A stretch of 64,000 nt of DNA from an uncultured Planctomycetales bacterium (GCA_964603585.1 CAZRVK010000001.1:335856-399855), one strand, 5' to 3'. Positions 1 through 9,930 are shown, counted from the first letter of the stretch. Notes: generated from the letters alone by a model not told the origin. Numbers and translations are program-made.

Positions 1-701
1 AGGACTTCCGGCACATTGCCGCTGACGATCGCCTGAGCTAACCCCTCAACAATCGCGGTCTTTCCCACTCCGGCTTCCCCCAATAATACCGGGTTATTCT
101 TAGTCCGCCGCGAAAGGACCTGGATCACCCGTTCGATTTCAAGATGACGGTCGATCACTGGATCCAATTTATTTTCTTTTGCCGAAGCAGTAAGGTCCCG
201 GCCAAATGCATCTAATGCTGGGGTCTTGGTCTTGACTGATTGAGCCTGCCCAAACCCAGGCAAAGCCGAACCCAAAAGCTCCATGATCTCATTCCTTACT
301 GCGCTCAAATCCAAGCCCAAATTCAGCAATACCTGGGAGGCAACTCCCTCCCCCTCACGAATAAGCCCGAGCAAAAGATGCTCGGTCCCGATATAATTAT
401 GCCCCAAAGACCGCGCCTCTTCGGCAGATAACTCCAGCGCCTTTTTTGCCCGGGGGGTAAAAGGAATATCCCCGATAATTTGGGTCGCTGGGCCAGGTTG
501 CACCAGTTTTTCGATCTCCAGCCGGATGTTTTCAAGCGAAACACCTAATTTCTGCAGTACCGCTGCAGCCACACCCTCTCCTTCACGGACCAATCCTAAA
601 AGTATATGCTCCGTGCCGATATAATCATGATTAAAACGCCTGGCTTCCTCTTTAGCCAAAATGATTACTTTTCGTGCCCTTTCCGTAAATCGATTGAACA
701 T
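1..701 (-). CDS. clpC: ATP-dependent Clp ATPase ClpC, N-terminal part (partial; 3' end of gene lies beyond window start)
   Basis: Minus-strand translation from ATG at 701-699 (GGAGG RBS just upstream) reads [13 protein letters not shown]..., containing two Clp-N (R-domain) repeats and the beginning of the AAA+ module (...[27 protein letters not shown]). No stop codon before position 1. Not in the ORF track because it runs off the edge. Confidence 0.85.
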   Translation of the reverse strand, partial: MFNRFTERARKVIILAKEEARRFNHDYIGTEHILLGLVREGEGVAAAVLQKLGVSLENIRLEIEKLVQPGPATQIIGDIPFTPRAKKALELSAEEARSLGHNYIGTEHLLLGLIREGEGVASQVLLNLGLDLSAVRNEIMELLGSALPGFGQAQSVKTKTPALDAFGRDLTASAKENKLDPVIDRHLEIERVIQVLSRRTKNNPVLLGEAGVGKTAIVEGLAQAIVSGNVPEV

Positions 702-737
702 TTCTCCTCCCATATCCATATTATTTTCTTGGAATAA

Positions 738-1814
738 TTAAATTTTCAGCTTGCTCCTGATCAACGCTGCACGCTTAACATCCCGTTCTTGAGAAGTAAG
801 TTTCTTATTCTCAATTTTCTGCAAATGCGCAGGTTGAGTTATGATATAAAGTTCATTGATACTGCGCCGGTCAATACACTTATCGATTATCCCTAAATCA
901 CAGCCTAACCTGACCATAGACAACAGCTCTATGGTTTCATTACTGGAAATAATATAAGCATTTTTCAATATACCCAGGCTTCGATGGACCCTGTCCTCTA
1001 AAAGCGCCCGGTTCCGGGAAACCAATACCTCCCGGGCAGAATTTTCCTGCGTCAATATCTGGCGGATCAATCCATTAATATTCTCAATGATCTCATTTTC
1101 TCCATGCCCTAAAGAAACCTGGTTTGAAACCTGAAAAAAATTCCCGATCGCCTGTGTTCCTTCACCAAACAACCCGCGGGTAGTAAAACTCAATTTGGAT
1201 ATAGCCGCAAGTACCCGTTCGATCTGTCGGGTCATTACCAATGCCGGTAGATGCAGCATCACCGATCCGCGCATCCCGGTCCCGGTGTTTGTGGGACAGG
1301 ATGTTAAATAACCCCACTCATCCAGGAATGCGAAAGCAAGCTCTCCAGCCAAGGCATCATCGATTTTATTGATCAACCCCCAGGCTTCAAAAAGATTAAA
1401 ACCAGACTGCATCACCTGGATCCTTAAATGGTCCTCTTCATTGACCATAATAGATATCATCTCATCGTGGTCAATAAGTACGGATTTGCCGTTAGTTTTC
1501 TGGGCATGTTCCAGTGACATAAGATGCCGTTCCACCAGGAATTGCCGGTCCACTGCATCAAGCTCGCTTAAATGAAATGATTGTGTAGCCGTCAAACATT
1601 TGATCCTTGCCACGGCATCCTCTACAGCACGCAAGGAATCCTCTGACTGTTTCTTATCCGACCAATGCGGAAAAGGGAATTTACTCAAGTTCCTGGCCAA
1701 ACGTATCCGGCTGGAAATAACAATATCCGAATTGGGACCCGATCCTTTAAGCCATTCACTGGTATGATTCAAGAGATCATTAATCTGCATTTTGCCCGCC
1801 TTTGGTATCAGCAT
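738..1814 (-). CDS. mcsB: protein arginine kinase McsB (ATP:guanido phosphotransferase family)
   Basis: 358-aa ORF. Phosphagen-kinase C-terminal catalytic domain signatures (..CPTNTGTGMRGSVMLHLPAL.., ..EGTQ..) and gene order mcsA-mcsB-clpC. True start may be the internal M (MQINDLL, ~1790). Confidence 0.8.
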   Translation of the reverse strand: MLIPKAGKMQINDLLNHTSEWLKGSGPNSDIVISSRIRLARNLSKFPFPHWSDKKQSEDSLRAVEDAVARIKCLTATQSFHLSELDAVDRQFLVERHLMSLEHAQKTNGKSVLIDHDEMISIMVNEEDHLRIQVMQSGFNLFEAWGLINKIDDALAGELAFAFLDEWGYLTSCPTNTGTGMRGSVMLHLPALVMTRQIERVLAAISKLSFTTRGLFGEGTQAIGNFFQVSNQVSLGHGENEIIENINGLIRQILTQENSAREVLVSRNRALLEDRVHRSLGILKNAYIISSNETIELLSMVRLGCDLGIIDKCIDRRSINELYIITQPAHLQKIENKKLTSQERDVKRAALIRSKLKI

Positions 1815-2313
1815 TTTCCTGGGAAACCGGCTTTTCTAATTCCCTGATCCGGTCACGCAATTGTGCAGCACTCTCAAAATCCTCATCCGTAATTGCCTTC
1901 TGCAAAAGAAGGCGTAAATCATCTAAATCCTCTTTTTTCCCAGCCGGCTTAGCTATCCTTAGAGGAGACTTGCCTGTATGATAATTCGACCCATGGATCC
2001 GTTTCAATAAAGGCGCCAGGTATTTCTTAAAAGTTATGTAGCACTGCCCGCATCCTAACCTGCCAACCTTCTTAAAATCGGCATAGGTAAGCCCGCAATT
2101 AGGGCACTTCAATAACAATGTTTCTTTCTCTAAGGATGGCTTCTCAAAATCCACCAATCCTTTCAGCAGGTCATTCAAGCCAAATTGCTGCTCCATCTCA
2201 TGGCTTTTTACTTGAGCGCACTGCTCGCATAAATGCAATTCAGTCATCTGTTCATTGATAATTTCAGTCAGATGCACAGTTGCCTGGTTCTTACCGCAGA
2301 TATTACAGACCAT
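1780..2313 (-). CDS. mcsA: McsA-like activator of McsB (Cys4 zinc-finger pairs + UVR domain)
   Basis: 177 aa. N-terminal CxxC...CxxC repeated twice (CNICG..CEQC; CPNCG..CGQC) and a C-terminal UVR-like motif (DLDDLRLLLQKAITDEDFESAAQLRDRIRELE). Overlaps mcsB start, consistent with translational coupling. Confidence 0.7.
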   Translation of the reverse strand: MVCNICGKNQATVHLTEIINEQMTELHLCEQCAQVKSHEMEQQFGLNDLLKGLVDFEKPSLEKETLLLKCPNCGLTYADFKKVGRLGCGQCYITFKKYLAPLLKRIHGSNYHTGKSPLRIAKPAGKKEDLDDLRLLLQKAITDEDFESAAQLRDRIRELEKPVSQENADTKGGQNAD

Positions 2314-2339
2314 GGGCTTTTCCTTTTTAGGCGTATCGA

Positions 2340-3209
2340 TTAATACCTGACCCCCTGTTTCTTAGTGGCATCCCTGAATTTCTTAGTCAGGTTCAAAGTG
2401 ATACTCCCTGGTTTCCCGCTGCCGATCAGTCGCCCGTCAACGCGCACAACCGGTATCACTTCAGCAGCAGTCCCGGTCAAGAAACATTCATCGGCAATGT
2501 AAACTTCATGCCGGGTGATCACATGTTCGTGTACCGGGATCTTATTTTTCTTGGCAATCTCCATAATGCAATCACGGGTAATTCCCCTTAAACTGCCCAT
2601 ACATTGAGGCGGGGTATAAAGATGGTCGTTTTTCACAATAAAAATATTATCGCCTGTACACTCGGCCACATAACCTAAAGAATCCAGCATGATCGCCTCA
2701 ACACAACCGCCGTTTGTCGCTTCGATCTTAGCCAGGATATTATTCAGGTAGTTTAAGGATTTTATCTGTGGATTGAGCGCTTCCGGCAGGTTTCTGACGG
2801 TAGGCACCGTCATGATCGATAACCCCTCCCGGCAGAATTTCTCCGGATAAAGCTTGATCATATCGGCAATAATGATCACCGTTGAATTGCCCCGGCAATT
2901 ACGCGGATCAAGCCCCAAGTCCCCCTGTCCGCGTGTAACTACCAGCCGGATATAAGCATCATCCAGGTGGTTTGCCTTAAGTGTATCAATGACCGCCTTG
3001 ATCATTTGTGCCTTAGACATATTTATTTCCAGCATAAGCGAGTGGGCTGATTCATAAAGCCGGTCAATATGTTCCTTAAGCCGAAAAACCAGACGGTTAT
3101 ATGAACGTATCCCTTCAAAAACCCCATCCCCATACAGAAGCCCGTGGTCAAACACCGATATTTTAGCTTCGTTTTTATCATAAAATTTTCCGTTTATATA
3201 GACTTTCAT
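2340..3209 (-). CDS. ilvE: branched-chain amino acid aminotransferase (PLP fold type IV)
   Basis: Class IV aminotransferase motifs (..GDGVFEGIRSY.., ..EATNGGCVEAIMLD.., ..ECFLTGTAAEV..). The ORF-track start (3251) overlaps lolD, so the likely real start is MKVYING at ~3209. Confidence 0.8.
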   Translation of the reverse strand: MKVYINGKFYDKNEAKISVFDHGLLYGDGVFEGIRSYNRLVFRLKEHIDRLYESAHSLMLEINMSKAQMIKAVIDTLKANHLDDAYIRLVVTRGQGDLGLDPRNCRGNSTVIIIADMIKLYPEKFCREGLSIMTVPTVRNLPEALNPQIKSLNYLNNILAKIEATNGGCVEAIMLDSLGYVAECTGDNIFIVKNDHLYTPPQCMGSLRGITRDCIMEIAKKNKIPVHEHVITRHEVYIADECFLTGTAAEVIPVVRVDGRLIGSGKPGSITLNLTKKFRDATKKQGVRY

Positions 3210-3231
3210 TTTATGCCTCCAAATTGATTTG

Positions 3232-3906
3232 CTAATCCCCCAGGACCCCATCCCTTAAATGATAGATATTATCCGCTTGATTTGCCAATTCAATATTATG
3301 CGTTACTAAAACCACCGCCATTTGAGACTGGAGATTGAACCTTTTCAGCAAAGAGATTATCTCACCCCCGGTTTTAGAATCCAGGTTCCCGGTCGGCTCA
3401 TCACATAAAAGCATTTCCGGCTTATTGATCAGAGCCCTGGCAATCGCTACCCTTTGCCGCTCCCCTCCGGAAAGTTGGCTCGGGAAATGCCCCAGGCGTT
3501 TGGCTAATCCCACTGACTCCAATACCCACACCGCATTATCCCGGGCCTCTGAACTATCTGCCTTCGGACCGAGATTTATCAAAGCCGGCATCAAAACATT
3601 TTCCAAAACTGTGAATTCCGAAAGTAAATGATAAAACTGGAATACAAATCCTATATCCTGATTTCTTATCCTGCTTAAAGCCTTATCGTTTAATTTATAA
3701 AGGTCCTGCCCCTTAAAAACCACACTACCGGTGTCAGGATTATCCAATCCCCCCAAAATGTGCAATAGCGTGGACTTTCCTGCCCCAGAAGGCCCGATCA
3801 CCGCAATGAACCTGCCCTTATCTATGCTCAAATCAACCCCTTTCAATACCGGGATCGATTTAGCCCCATCCGAATAAACCTTATGAATATTCTTTACTAA
3901 TAACAT
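3232..3906 (-). CDS. lolD: lipoprotein-releasing ABC transporter ATP-binding protein LolD
   Basis: Walker A GPSGAGKST, ABC signature LSGGERQR, Walker B LLCDEPTGNLD. Adjacent to a LolC/E-type permease. Confidence 0.75.
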   Translation of the reverse strand: MLLVKNIHKVYSDGAKSIPVLKGVDLSIDKGRFIAVIGPSGAGKSTLLHILGGLDNPDTGSVVFKGQDLYKLNDKALSRIRNQDIGFVFQFYHLLSEFTVLENVLMPALINLGPKADSSEARDNAVWVLESVGLAKRLGHFPSQLSGGERQRVAIARALINKPEMLLCDEPTGNLDSKTGGEIISLLKRFNLQSQMAVVLVTHNIELANQADNIYHLRDGVLGD

Positions 3907-3945
3907 AAATAATTCGTTGAACTGCAGGTAAAACCCGGATTTATA

Positions 3946-5151
3946 TCACTCATACCTCAAGGCTTCCACCGGCTTAAGAAAAGCCGCTTTTGCCGCCGGG
4001 TATACAGTAGAGATTAAAGTGATCCCCATTGCCGCTAAAACAATCAAAATAATATCCGGCCAAAACTCGATAGAAACCGGCAGACGGTCGATATAATAAA
4101 TATCCTGCGGCAATTTTATGAACTGATATTTTTTAAGCAACCCGCAAAGGGATATCCCTCCGAAACTGCCTAACAAAGTTCCAGAACCTCCCAGCATCAA
4201 TCCATGAGCAATAAAGATCTTACGAATATCCGCCGAGGTCATCCCCAGCGCTTTTAATATCCCGACATCCTTGGTTTTCTCCACCACCATAATAATCAAG
4301 GTGCTGATAATATTAAAACAGGCAACCAGAATGATCAACGTCAAGATAATGAACATCGTTAACTTCTCCAACTGTAAAGCCGCAAAGAAATTCTGATTAA
4401 CCTCCATCCAGGTCTTTAGATTATATTCAACTCCCAACTGTCTGGATATCTCGCTCCGAACCTTGGCTGCCAAATAAAGATCATCGAGTTTGACCGCGAT
4501 CGAACTGATTTTATTTCCCATTCCCAATAATGACTGTGCGGTCTTTAAATCAGTAAAAACAAGGTTAAGGTCATAATCATACATCCCGGAATAAAAAATC
4601 CCGGTGACCTTAAGCTTATATTCCTTGCCCAAAGGAGAATATACGGTAACCGTTGAACCTGGCTTAACCGATAAAAACAAAGCCAACTCCTTGCCAATAA
4701 AGATCTCCCCGGGATTTAGATCATTGATACTGCCATGAAGCAAATACTGATGTAAACGCGTAGTATCTTTTTCATAGGCCGGATCAATCCCTTTTATCCC
4801 AACAGCAATAAACCTTTTTTCCTCTTTAAGCAGGATCTGGCCCTGGACATATGGGCTGGTTCCCTTAATATGCTTATTTTGAACTAATTTAGCAGAAACT
4901 GCCGGATAATCATTATAATCGAGACCATTATACGAGCTGACAGTAATATGGGCATAATTACCGACGATCTTATCCCTTAAATCATTATCAAAACCGGCCA
5001 TAACCGCCAAAACAACGATTAACGCCATCACCCCGATAGCAATCCCCAAAACAGAAATAATGCTGATCAGAGAAATAAACTTCTCTTTTCTCTTGGTCAA
5101 TAAATAGCGCAGGCTGATCAATAAATATGGTTTCATACTAAGAGGGTGCAA
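3946..5151 (-). CDS. lolC: lipoprotein-releasing system permease LolC/LolE family (FtsX-like, MacB-type periplasmic domain)
   Basis: 401 aa. N-terminal TM helix, large periplasmic domain, then three C-terminal TM helices typical of FtsX/LolCE. Immediately downstream of lolD on the same strand. Confidence 0.7.
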   Translation of the reverse strand: MHPLSMKPYLLISLRYLLTKRKEKFISLISIISVLGIAIGVMALIVVLAVMAGFDNDLRDKIVGNYAHITVSSYNGLDYNDYPAVSAKLVQNKHIKGTSPYVQGQILLKEEKRFIAVGIKGIDPAYEKDTTRLHQYLLHGSINDLNPGEIFIGKELALFLSVKPGSTVTVYSPLGKEYKLKVTGIFYSGMYDYDLNLVFTDLKTAQSLLGMGNKISSIAVKLDDLYLAAKVRSEISRQLGVEYNLKTWMEVNQNFFAALQLEKLTMFIILTLIILVACFNIISTLIIMVVEKTKDVGILKALGMTSADIRKIFIAHGLMLGGSGTLLGSFGGISLCGLLKKYQFIKLPQDIYYIDRLPVSIEFWPDIILIVLAAMGITLISTVYPAAKAAFLKPVEALRYE

Positions 5152-5179
5152 AATACCAGCGTGTCCATCCAGGAATTAT

Positions 5180-6622
5180 TCAAGAGACCGGCCGCAGTAA
5201 AGGAAACAATATCACATCCCTAATCGACGGCTGATTGGTCAAAAGCATTACCAACCGGTCTATCCCAATACCCAAACCACCTGCCGGAGGCATACCGTGT
5301 TCAAGCGCAAGGCAATAATCATCGTCCACGGATTTCTTTTCATCAGTAGCAAGATCTTTGATCTCATCTTCAAAACGTTTTTTCTGCTCCAAGGGATTAT
5401 TCAGCTCGGAATAAGCATTGCCAATCTCCATACCGGCCACGTATAATTCAAAACGCTCGCTTATACCAGGATCGTCATTTTTGCTCTGGGCTAAAGGTGA
5501 CATACTGGTAAAGAAATCAGTCACAAAAGTGGGATTCAGGCTCATCTGCGACTCCAAAAGGTCCTCAATGATCTTACCGATCTGTGTGCGGGTAAGTTTA
5601 ACTGCCTCTTTGGCAAAACCTTTAGACTGCAGTTTCTTCAGCATTAAGTCCGCATCATCTTCTGCGGATATATCAAACTTTTCTTTGACCATGCCGGCAA
5701 AGGATATCCTCTGCCAGGGTGCAGTAAAATCGATTTCTTTATCCTGATAAATAATCTTACTCCCTCCGGCAATCTCCTGGCAGATAGAAATAATCATATC
5801 CTGGCATAAACGCATCATGCCTTCATAATTGGAATAAGCGCTGTAAACCTCAAGCATAGTGAATTCCGGATTATGCCTGGTAGATACCCCCTCATTACGA
5901 AAACTGCGGTTGATCTCGTAAACCTTATCCAGTCCTCCAACCAAAAGCCGCTTCAGGTAAAGTTCCGGAGCAATCCTCAAGAATAGTTCAAAGCCATATT
6001 CATTATGAAAGGTCTTAAAAGGCCTTCCTGCCGCCCCTCCCGGAACTGAATGCATCATAGGAGTTTCTACCTCCTGAAACCCCTGAACATCCAAAAAAGA
6101 ACGCATCAACTTGATTATGCGGGAACGGGCAACGAACACCTTTTTGACATCGTCATTTGAGATCAGGTCAAGATAACGCTGGCGATAACGCACCTCGACA
6201 TCCTTAAGCCCATGCCACTTCTCCGGTAAAGGCATCAATGCCTTTGAAAGGATGCTAAACTCCTCAACCTTTAAGGTTGGCTCGCCTGTATGAGTCTTAA
6301 AAAGCTCTCCTCGGACACTAATAAAATCCGCAATATCCACATCTTCAAAAAGCTTGAACTTTTCTGCACCCAAAAAGTCGCTTTTAAGATAAAGCTGGAT
6401 ACGGCCCGTAAAATCACGCAGGTCCATAAAAACCACCTTGCCATGAGCGCGCTTAGCCATAATCCTGCCGGCAAGGCAGGCCTTTTGCCCTTCTTGAAAA
6501 TCCTTCAGCGCAACGGCAATCTCTGCGCGGTCAAAAGGCGCACTACCATAAACCGGAACACCTTTCTCCTGCAAAGAACGCAGTTTATCTCTTCTCTGTT
6601 GAATGATCTCATTAAGTTCCAT
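5180..6622 (-). CDS. lysS: lysine--tRNA ligase (class II)
   Basis: 480 aa. Class II aaRS motifs (..FRNEG.. motif 2, ..GGLGIGIDRLVMLL.. motif 3) and an N-terminal OB anticodon-binding region. Confidence 0.9.
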   Translation of the reverse strand: MELNEIIQQRRDKLRSLQEKGVPVYGSAPFDRAEIAVALKDFQEGQKACLAGRIMAKRAHGKVVFMDLRDFTGRIQLYLKSDFLGAEKFKLFEDVDIADFISVRGELFKTHTGEPTLKVEEFSILSKALMPLPEKWHGLKDVEVRYRQRYLDLISNDDVKKVFVARSRIIKLMRSFLDVQGFQEVETPMMHSVPGGAAGRPFKTFHNEYGFELFLRIAPELYLKRLLVGGLDKVYEINRSFRNEGVSTRHNPEFTMLEVYSAYSNYEGMMRLCQDMIISICQEIAGGSKIIYQDKEIDFTAPWQRISFAGMVKEKFDISAEDDADLMLKKLQSKGFAKEAVKLTRTQIGKIIEDLLESQMSLNPTFVTDFFTSMSPLAQSKNDDPGISERFELYVAGMEIGNAYSELNNPLEQKKRFEDEIKDLATDEKKSVDDDYCLALEHGMPPAGGLGIGIDRLVMLLTNQPSIRDVILFPLLRPVS

Positions 6623-6665
6623 AGTTTTTTAATTATATAGTATATTTATCAGACTGTCAATTAAG

Positions 6666-6696
6666 AAAAACCCGCCTGTTTAGAGGCGGGTTTTTC
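6666..6696 (-). terminator. rho-independent terminator downstream of htpX (hairpin flanked by A/T runs on both sides)
   Basis: aaaaaCCCGCCtgtttagaGGCGGGttttt: perfect 6-bp GC stem, with U-run following on the minus strand (and an A-run/T-run arrangement that could also act bidirectionally). Confidence 0.6.
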
Positions 6697-6724
6697 TTTA
6701 TCTTATTCTCTTAGAGGCCTTTAT

Positions 6725-7687
6725 CTAATTTTTATATTCGGAAAGCTGCTTGATGCGTTTAAGCATATTAGGATGCGTACTTAAAAGCTCTAAGAACAGA
6801 TCGCCAAAACCTAACTTTACTTTCTGTGACCTCAAACGCTCCAACTCATTAGCATCAATACTCCCGCTTTTATCCAAATCCAGGGATTTAAGTTCTCTGA
6901 TCTCCTTTAAAGCTTGCGAAGGATCGTTCAGGAAAAAAGCCTTTAACCCTTCAACCTCCTTTAAAGACTCCTTATTCATCCGGGCTGCTCCATACGAAAG
7001 TTTATAAAGGCTGGATGCCAAATATGCGGGTTTATTCCCCAACTCTACCGAACCACGGTCGGCAAAATATTCCCTAATCCGGGATGCATACAAAACCAAA
7101 AGATTAGTTATGAAATAAAAGATAAACGCAGCCAAACCGATCAAAACGGTATTGCCGCTTCTTTCATCTCTCCGGCGGCCGTAAAATAAAAACTGCCAGG
7201 CAATATGATATAAGATCATCGGGATCACCGAAAGCATGGTAATCGTCAATACATCCCGGTTCTTTAAATGGCTCAATTCATGTCCTAAAACTGCTTTTAA
7301 CTCATCCTCACTTAACAGCCCAAGGATACCTTCAGTAACACATACCCGGCCATCCCGTAAACTACGGCCAAAAGCAAAGGCATTGGGAAGAGCAACCTGC
7401 GAAATGCATATCCTGGGCACAGGTATATTAGCCATGCGGCTTAAAGACTCTACCATCTGGTAAAGCCGGGGATATTCTTCCTTTTTAACATACTTGATCC
7501 TCATGGTCCACTCAACTATCTTTGGCCCGATCATATACTGAAAAAACATCATCAACAACGCCAATACCAGATAAAAAGAAAATCCCCCAACATGAAAAAC
7601 CTGGGTGCCAATAACCGTCAAGATCGCATAAACAATAGCAAAAAGCACGCTGATCAACAGCCACATTCTTAAATGCAGAAAAAACAT
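6725..7687 (-). CDS. htpX: HtpX-family M48 zinc metalloprotease with a canonical EF-hand loop inserted near the C-terminus
   Basis: HELSHLKNRD (HExxH) motif, downstream Glu (..REYFADRG..), four TM helices, C-terminal ..STHPNMLKRI... The insertion DLDKSGSIDANE matches the 12-residue EF-hand loop (D1, D3, S5, G6, I8, E12). Confidence 0.8.
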   Translation of the reverse strand: MFFLHLRMWLLISVLFAIVYAILTVIGTQVFHVGGFSFYLVLALLMMFFQYMIGPKIVEWTMRIKYVKKEEYPRLYQMVESLSRMANIPVPRICISQVALPNAFAFGRSLRDGRVCVTEGILGLLSEDELKAVLGHELSHLKNRDVLTITMLSVIPMILYHIAWQFLFYGRRRDERSGNTVLIGLAAFIFYFITNLLVLYASRIREYFADRGSVELGNKPAYLASSLYKLSYGAARMNKESLKEVEGLKAFFLNDPSQALKEIRELKSLDLDKSGSIDANELERLRSQKVKLGFGDLFLELLSTHPNMLKRIKQLSEYKN

Positions 7688-7769
7688 TTTACCTTCCTCC
7701 TGTAAGTCATTACCGATTAAAAATCCCTGTCCGAGAAAAAGACCGGGATATATGTTCCGGAGATAAAAA

Positions 7770-8174
7770 CTATTTTTCTACTTCAGCTTTAATTATATAC
7801 CGGGTTATCGGATTGTCAAGATTATCCGTAGAGAGGTAAACATATTGCTGGATAGCCCCCAGGTAACCTTTAGGATCAAGCTGCACACTGACAACCGTGC
7901 TTTCTTGCGGCGCAAGAACACGCTTTTCCACTTTCGAACCAGTACATCCGCAGGAAGAATTCAAATCAGTTATATTCAAGATCCTGTCTGTATCATTCTT
8001 GAAAATAAAATCATGTGAAACTACCGTATTTTCATTGACCTTGCCGAAGTCCCAAACAAGAGAAACATCTGCGGTTTTTTGGTGATTACCTGGATCACGG
8101 TTATTTTGCGGATAACAACCGGCAACCGGAGATAAAACCATCGCCACTGCCAGATACAATGCAAACCTTATCAT
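7770..8174 (-). CDS. DUF1573-like lipoprotein (CGC-motif, Ig-like fold family)
   Basis: Signal peptide with lipobox (..VAGC). ..DLNSSCGCTGS.. motif typical of DUF1573. Confidence 0.5.
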   Translation of the reverse strand: MIRFALYLAVAMVLSPVAGCYPQNNRDPGNHQKTADVSLVWDFGKVNENTVVSHDFIFKNDTDRILNITDLNSSCGCTGSKVEKRVLAPQESTVVSVQLDPKGYLGAIQQYVYLSTDNLDNPITRYIIKAEVEK

Positions 8175-8176
8175 CG

Positions 8177-9364
8177 CTACCTCCAGATCAAGAATATCCC
8201 CAATAAAAAGAATAGAACCGCCATTAAAGCCTTTATGGCCAGGAAATGCTTTCTCATAAAACCAGAAAAATGTGCGGAAGTTGCCCCAAACAAAGACATG
8301 GCAAATACCACCAGTAATGGCACTATAAACATGAAATTATAAAGCAACAGATAAAAAAGCGCCTGCGGTTTAAGCGGGGTTGTCTTTAAGATGAACGTGA
8401 TGGTCGGCAAATAGGTCTGCCCGGTACAAACCGCCTCTAAAAGCGAGACCAAAAACCCGGTAACAAGAGCGCTGATTACCAGGCCAGAGGTATGCCTTTC
8501 AGATAAAGCACTCGCACCATCACGTGGTTTGCGATAATGCATCCCGATCAAACGATGGATCTGGTCCTTTACCGCCTTGGGAAGCTTAAGTAACATCTTT
8601 TCAGTATCCCCGGTAGATCTAAAGATCAAGAAATCCCTGACTGCTAAGCACCCCAGGATAATGCTGAATACCCCGACCGAAAGATTGATCGTACGCACCA
8701 AAGACCAAAAACTGTTCATGCGATAGAAAAATCCGAACAATCCCAGCCCAATTAAAATATATGTGATCCAAACCGCCAGGATAAAAAAGATCCCGACAAC
8801 CACAAGGGATTTCCTCCGATACCCCTGTAAGGCCAAAAAAGACATAAAAAAGACGATCACCGTAAAAGCACAGGGGTTTATTCCATCGATCAATCCAGCG
8901 GCGGAAATCGCAAAAGGAGTAAAGGATCGGAAATAAGCGACCAAATCCACTTCCCGATGGTTGAATTTACGGTTAAAATCTTCACCCATACCCTGGATGA
9001 CAAAAGACTTGAGATTAGCTAAAGTAACCTCGCTCCCGTTAAGCAACCGCCCTTTCAGGAAAAATACCGGCCAGACTACTGATAAATCCGGAGCAAACTC
9101 ATCTTTCAGCCCCAGAAAAAGCTTATAATTAGCCAAATCGCCGATATCCCGGTATTCTATATCAAGCAATCCTTTGAATTCTTTTTCGATAACAGGAATG
9201 ATCTCATTTTTTATTTGTATGCATTTATGGCAGGTCAACGAATGAAATACGATCAATCCTTCAGAAAGTCGAGGACCGGCGACTGCCGGATATGCCAAAA
9301 GAAAAAAAACGGCGAACAGGCATAAGAACGGGATTGACTTTCGTTGGAATATTTTGCAATGCAT
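8177..9364 (-). CDS. thiol:disulfide interchange membrane protein: N-terminal thioredoxin-like CxxC domain fused to DsbD/CcdA transmembrane core
   Basis: Signal/TM, CHKC motif (..HSLTCHKCIQIK..), then a multi-TM region with the conserved ..GINPCAF.. Cys of the CcdA/DsbD beta core. Confidence 0.6.
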   Translation of the reverse strand: MHCKIFQRKSIPFLCLFAVFFLLAYPAVAGPRLSEGLIVFHSLTCHKCIQIKNEIIPVIEKEFKGLLDIEYRDIGDLANYKLFLGLKDEFAPDLSVVWPVFFLKGRLLNGSEVTLANLKSFVIQGMGEDFNRKFNHREVDLVAYFRSFTPFAISAAGLIDGINPCAFTVIVFFMSFLALQGYRRKSLVVVGIFFILAVWITYILIGLGLFGFFYRMNSFWSLVRTINLSVGVFSIILGCLAVRDFLIFRSTGDTEKMLLKLPKAVKDQIHRLIGMHYRKPRDGASALSERHTSGLVISALVTGFLVSLLEAVCTGQTYLPTITFILKTTPLKPQALFYLLLYNFMFIVPLLVVFAMSLFGATSAHFSGFMRKHFLAIKALMAVLFFLLGIFLIWR

Positions 9365-9373
9365 ATTGCGGAA

Positions 9374-9865
9374 TTATGACTTAGGATGGAGTTGAATACT
9401 GGTAATTATCTTTAAGACTTCTTCTTTGGTTTTTGCCTTGCGTAAAAGATCCACAACAAACTTATCTTTGACGAAACGGGAGATCTCCGATAAAATTTTC
9501 AAATGCCCGCCGACTTCATCTTTGGGAGAAGCCAAGGCAAAGAAAAGAAAAGTCTTTTCTCCATCTAAGGCGCCAAAATCTATCCCTTCATCCTTACGCG
9601 CAAAAACCAGTATAAAATCACGGACCTCATCTGATTTAGCATGCGGGATAGCCACCCCTCCCCCGATACCGGTAGAGCCTAAAGTCTCCCTCTCCTGCAC
9701 CGCTTTTAAGAAAGCCTTTTTATTAGTAAGTTTCTTTGATTTAGAGATCAATTCCACCAACTCGGCTATAACCTTTTTTTTCTCGGTCTCTTTAAGCTCA
9801 AGGCTAATGAACTTTTCTTTAAGTAAATCAAAAAATCTTATTTCTTTGAACTTTTTTGCACTCAT
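9374..9865 (-). CDS. ptsN: PTS EIIA-Ntr-type nitrogen regulatory protein (PtsN / EIIA fructose-mannitol family)
   Basis: 163 aa. Phosphorylatable His in ..GGGVAIPHAKSDEV.., EIIA type-2 fold pattern. Confidence 0.75.
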   Translation of the reverse strand: MSAKKFKEIRFFDLLKEKFISLELKETEKKKVIAELVELISKSKKLTNKKAFLKAVQERETLGSTGIGGGVAIPHAKSDEVRDFILVFARKDEGIDFGALDGEKTFLFFALASPKDEVGGHLKILSEISRFVKDKFVVDLLRKAKTKEEVLKIITSIQLHPKS

Positions 9866-9930
9866 TTATGGAAGTATACTTCGGTAGTTACCAGTGACGA
9901 GGATAACCAATTAAGCAATAGATTTACTGT

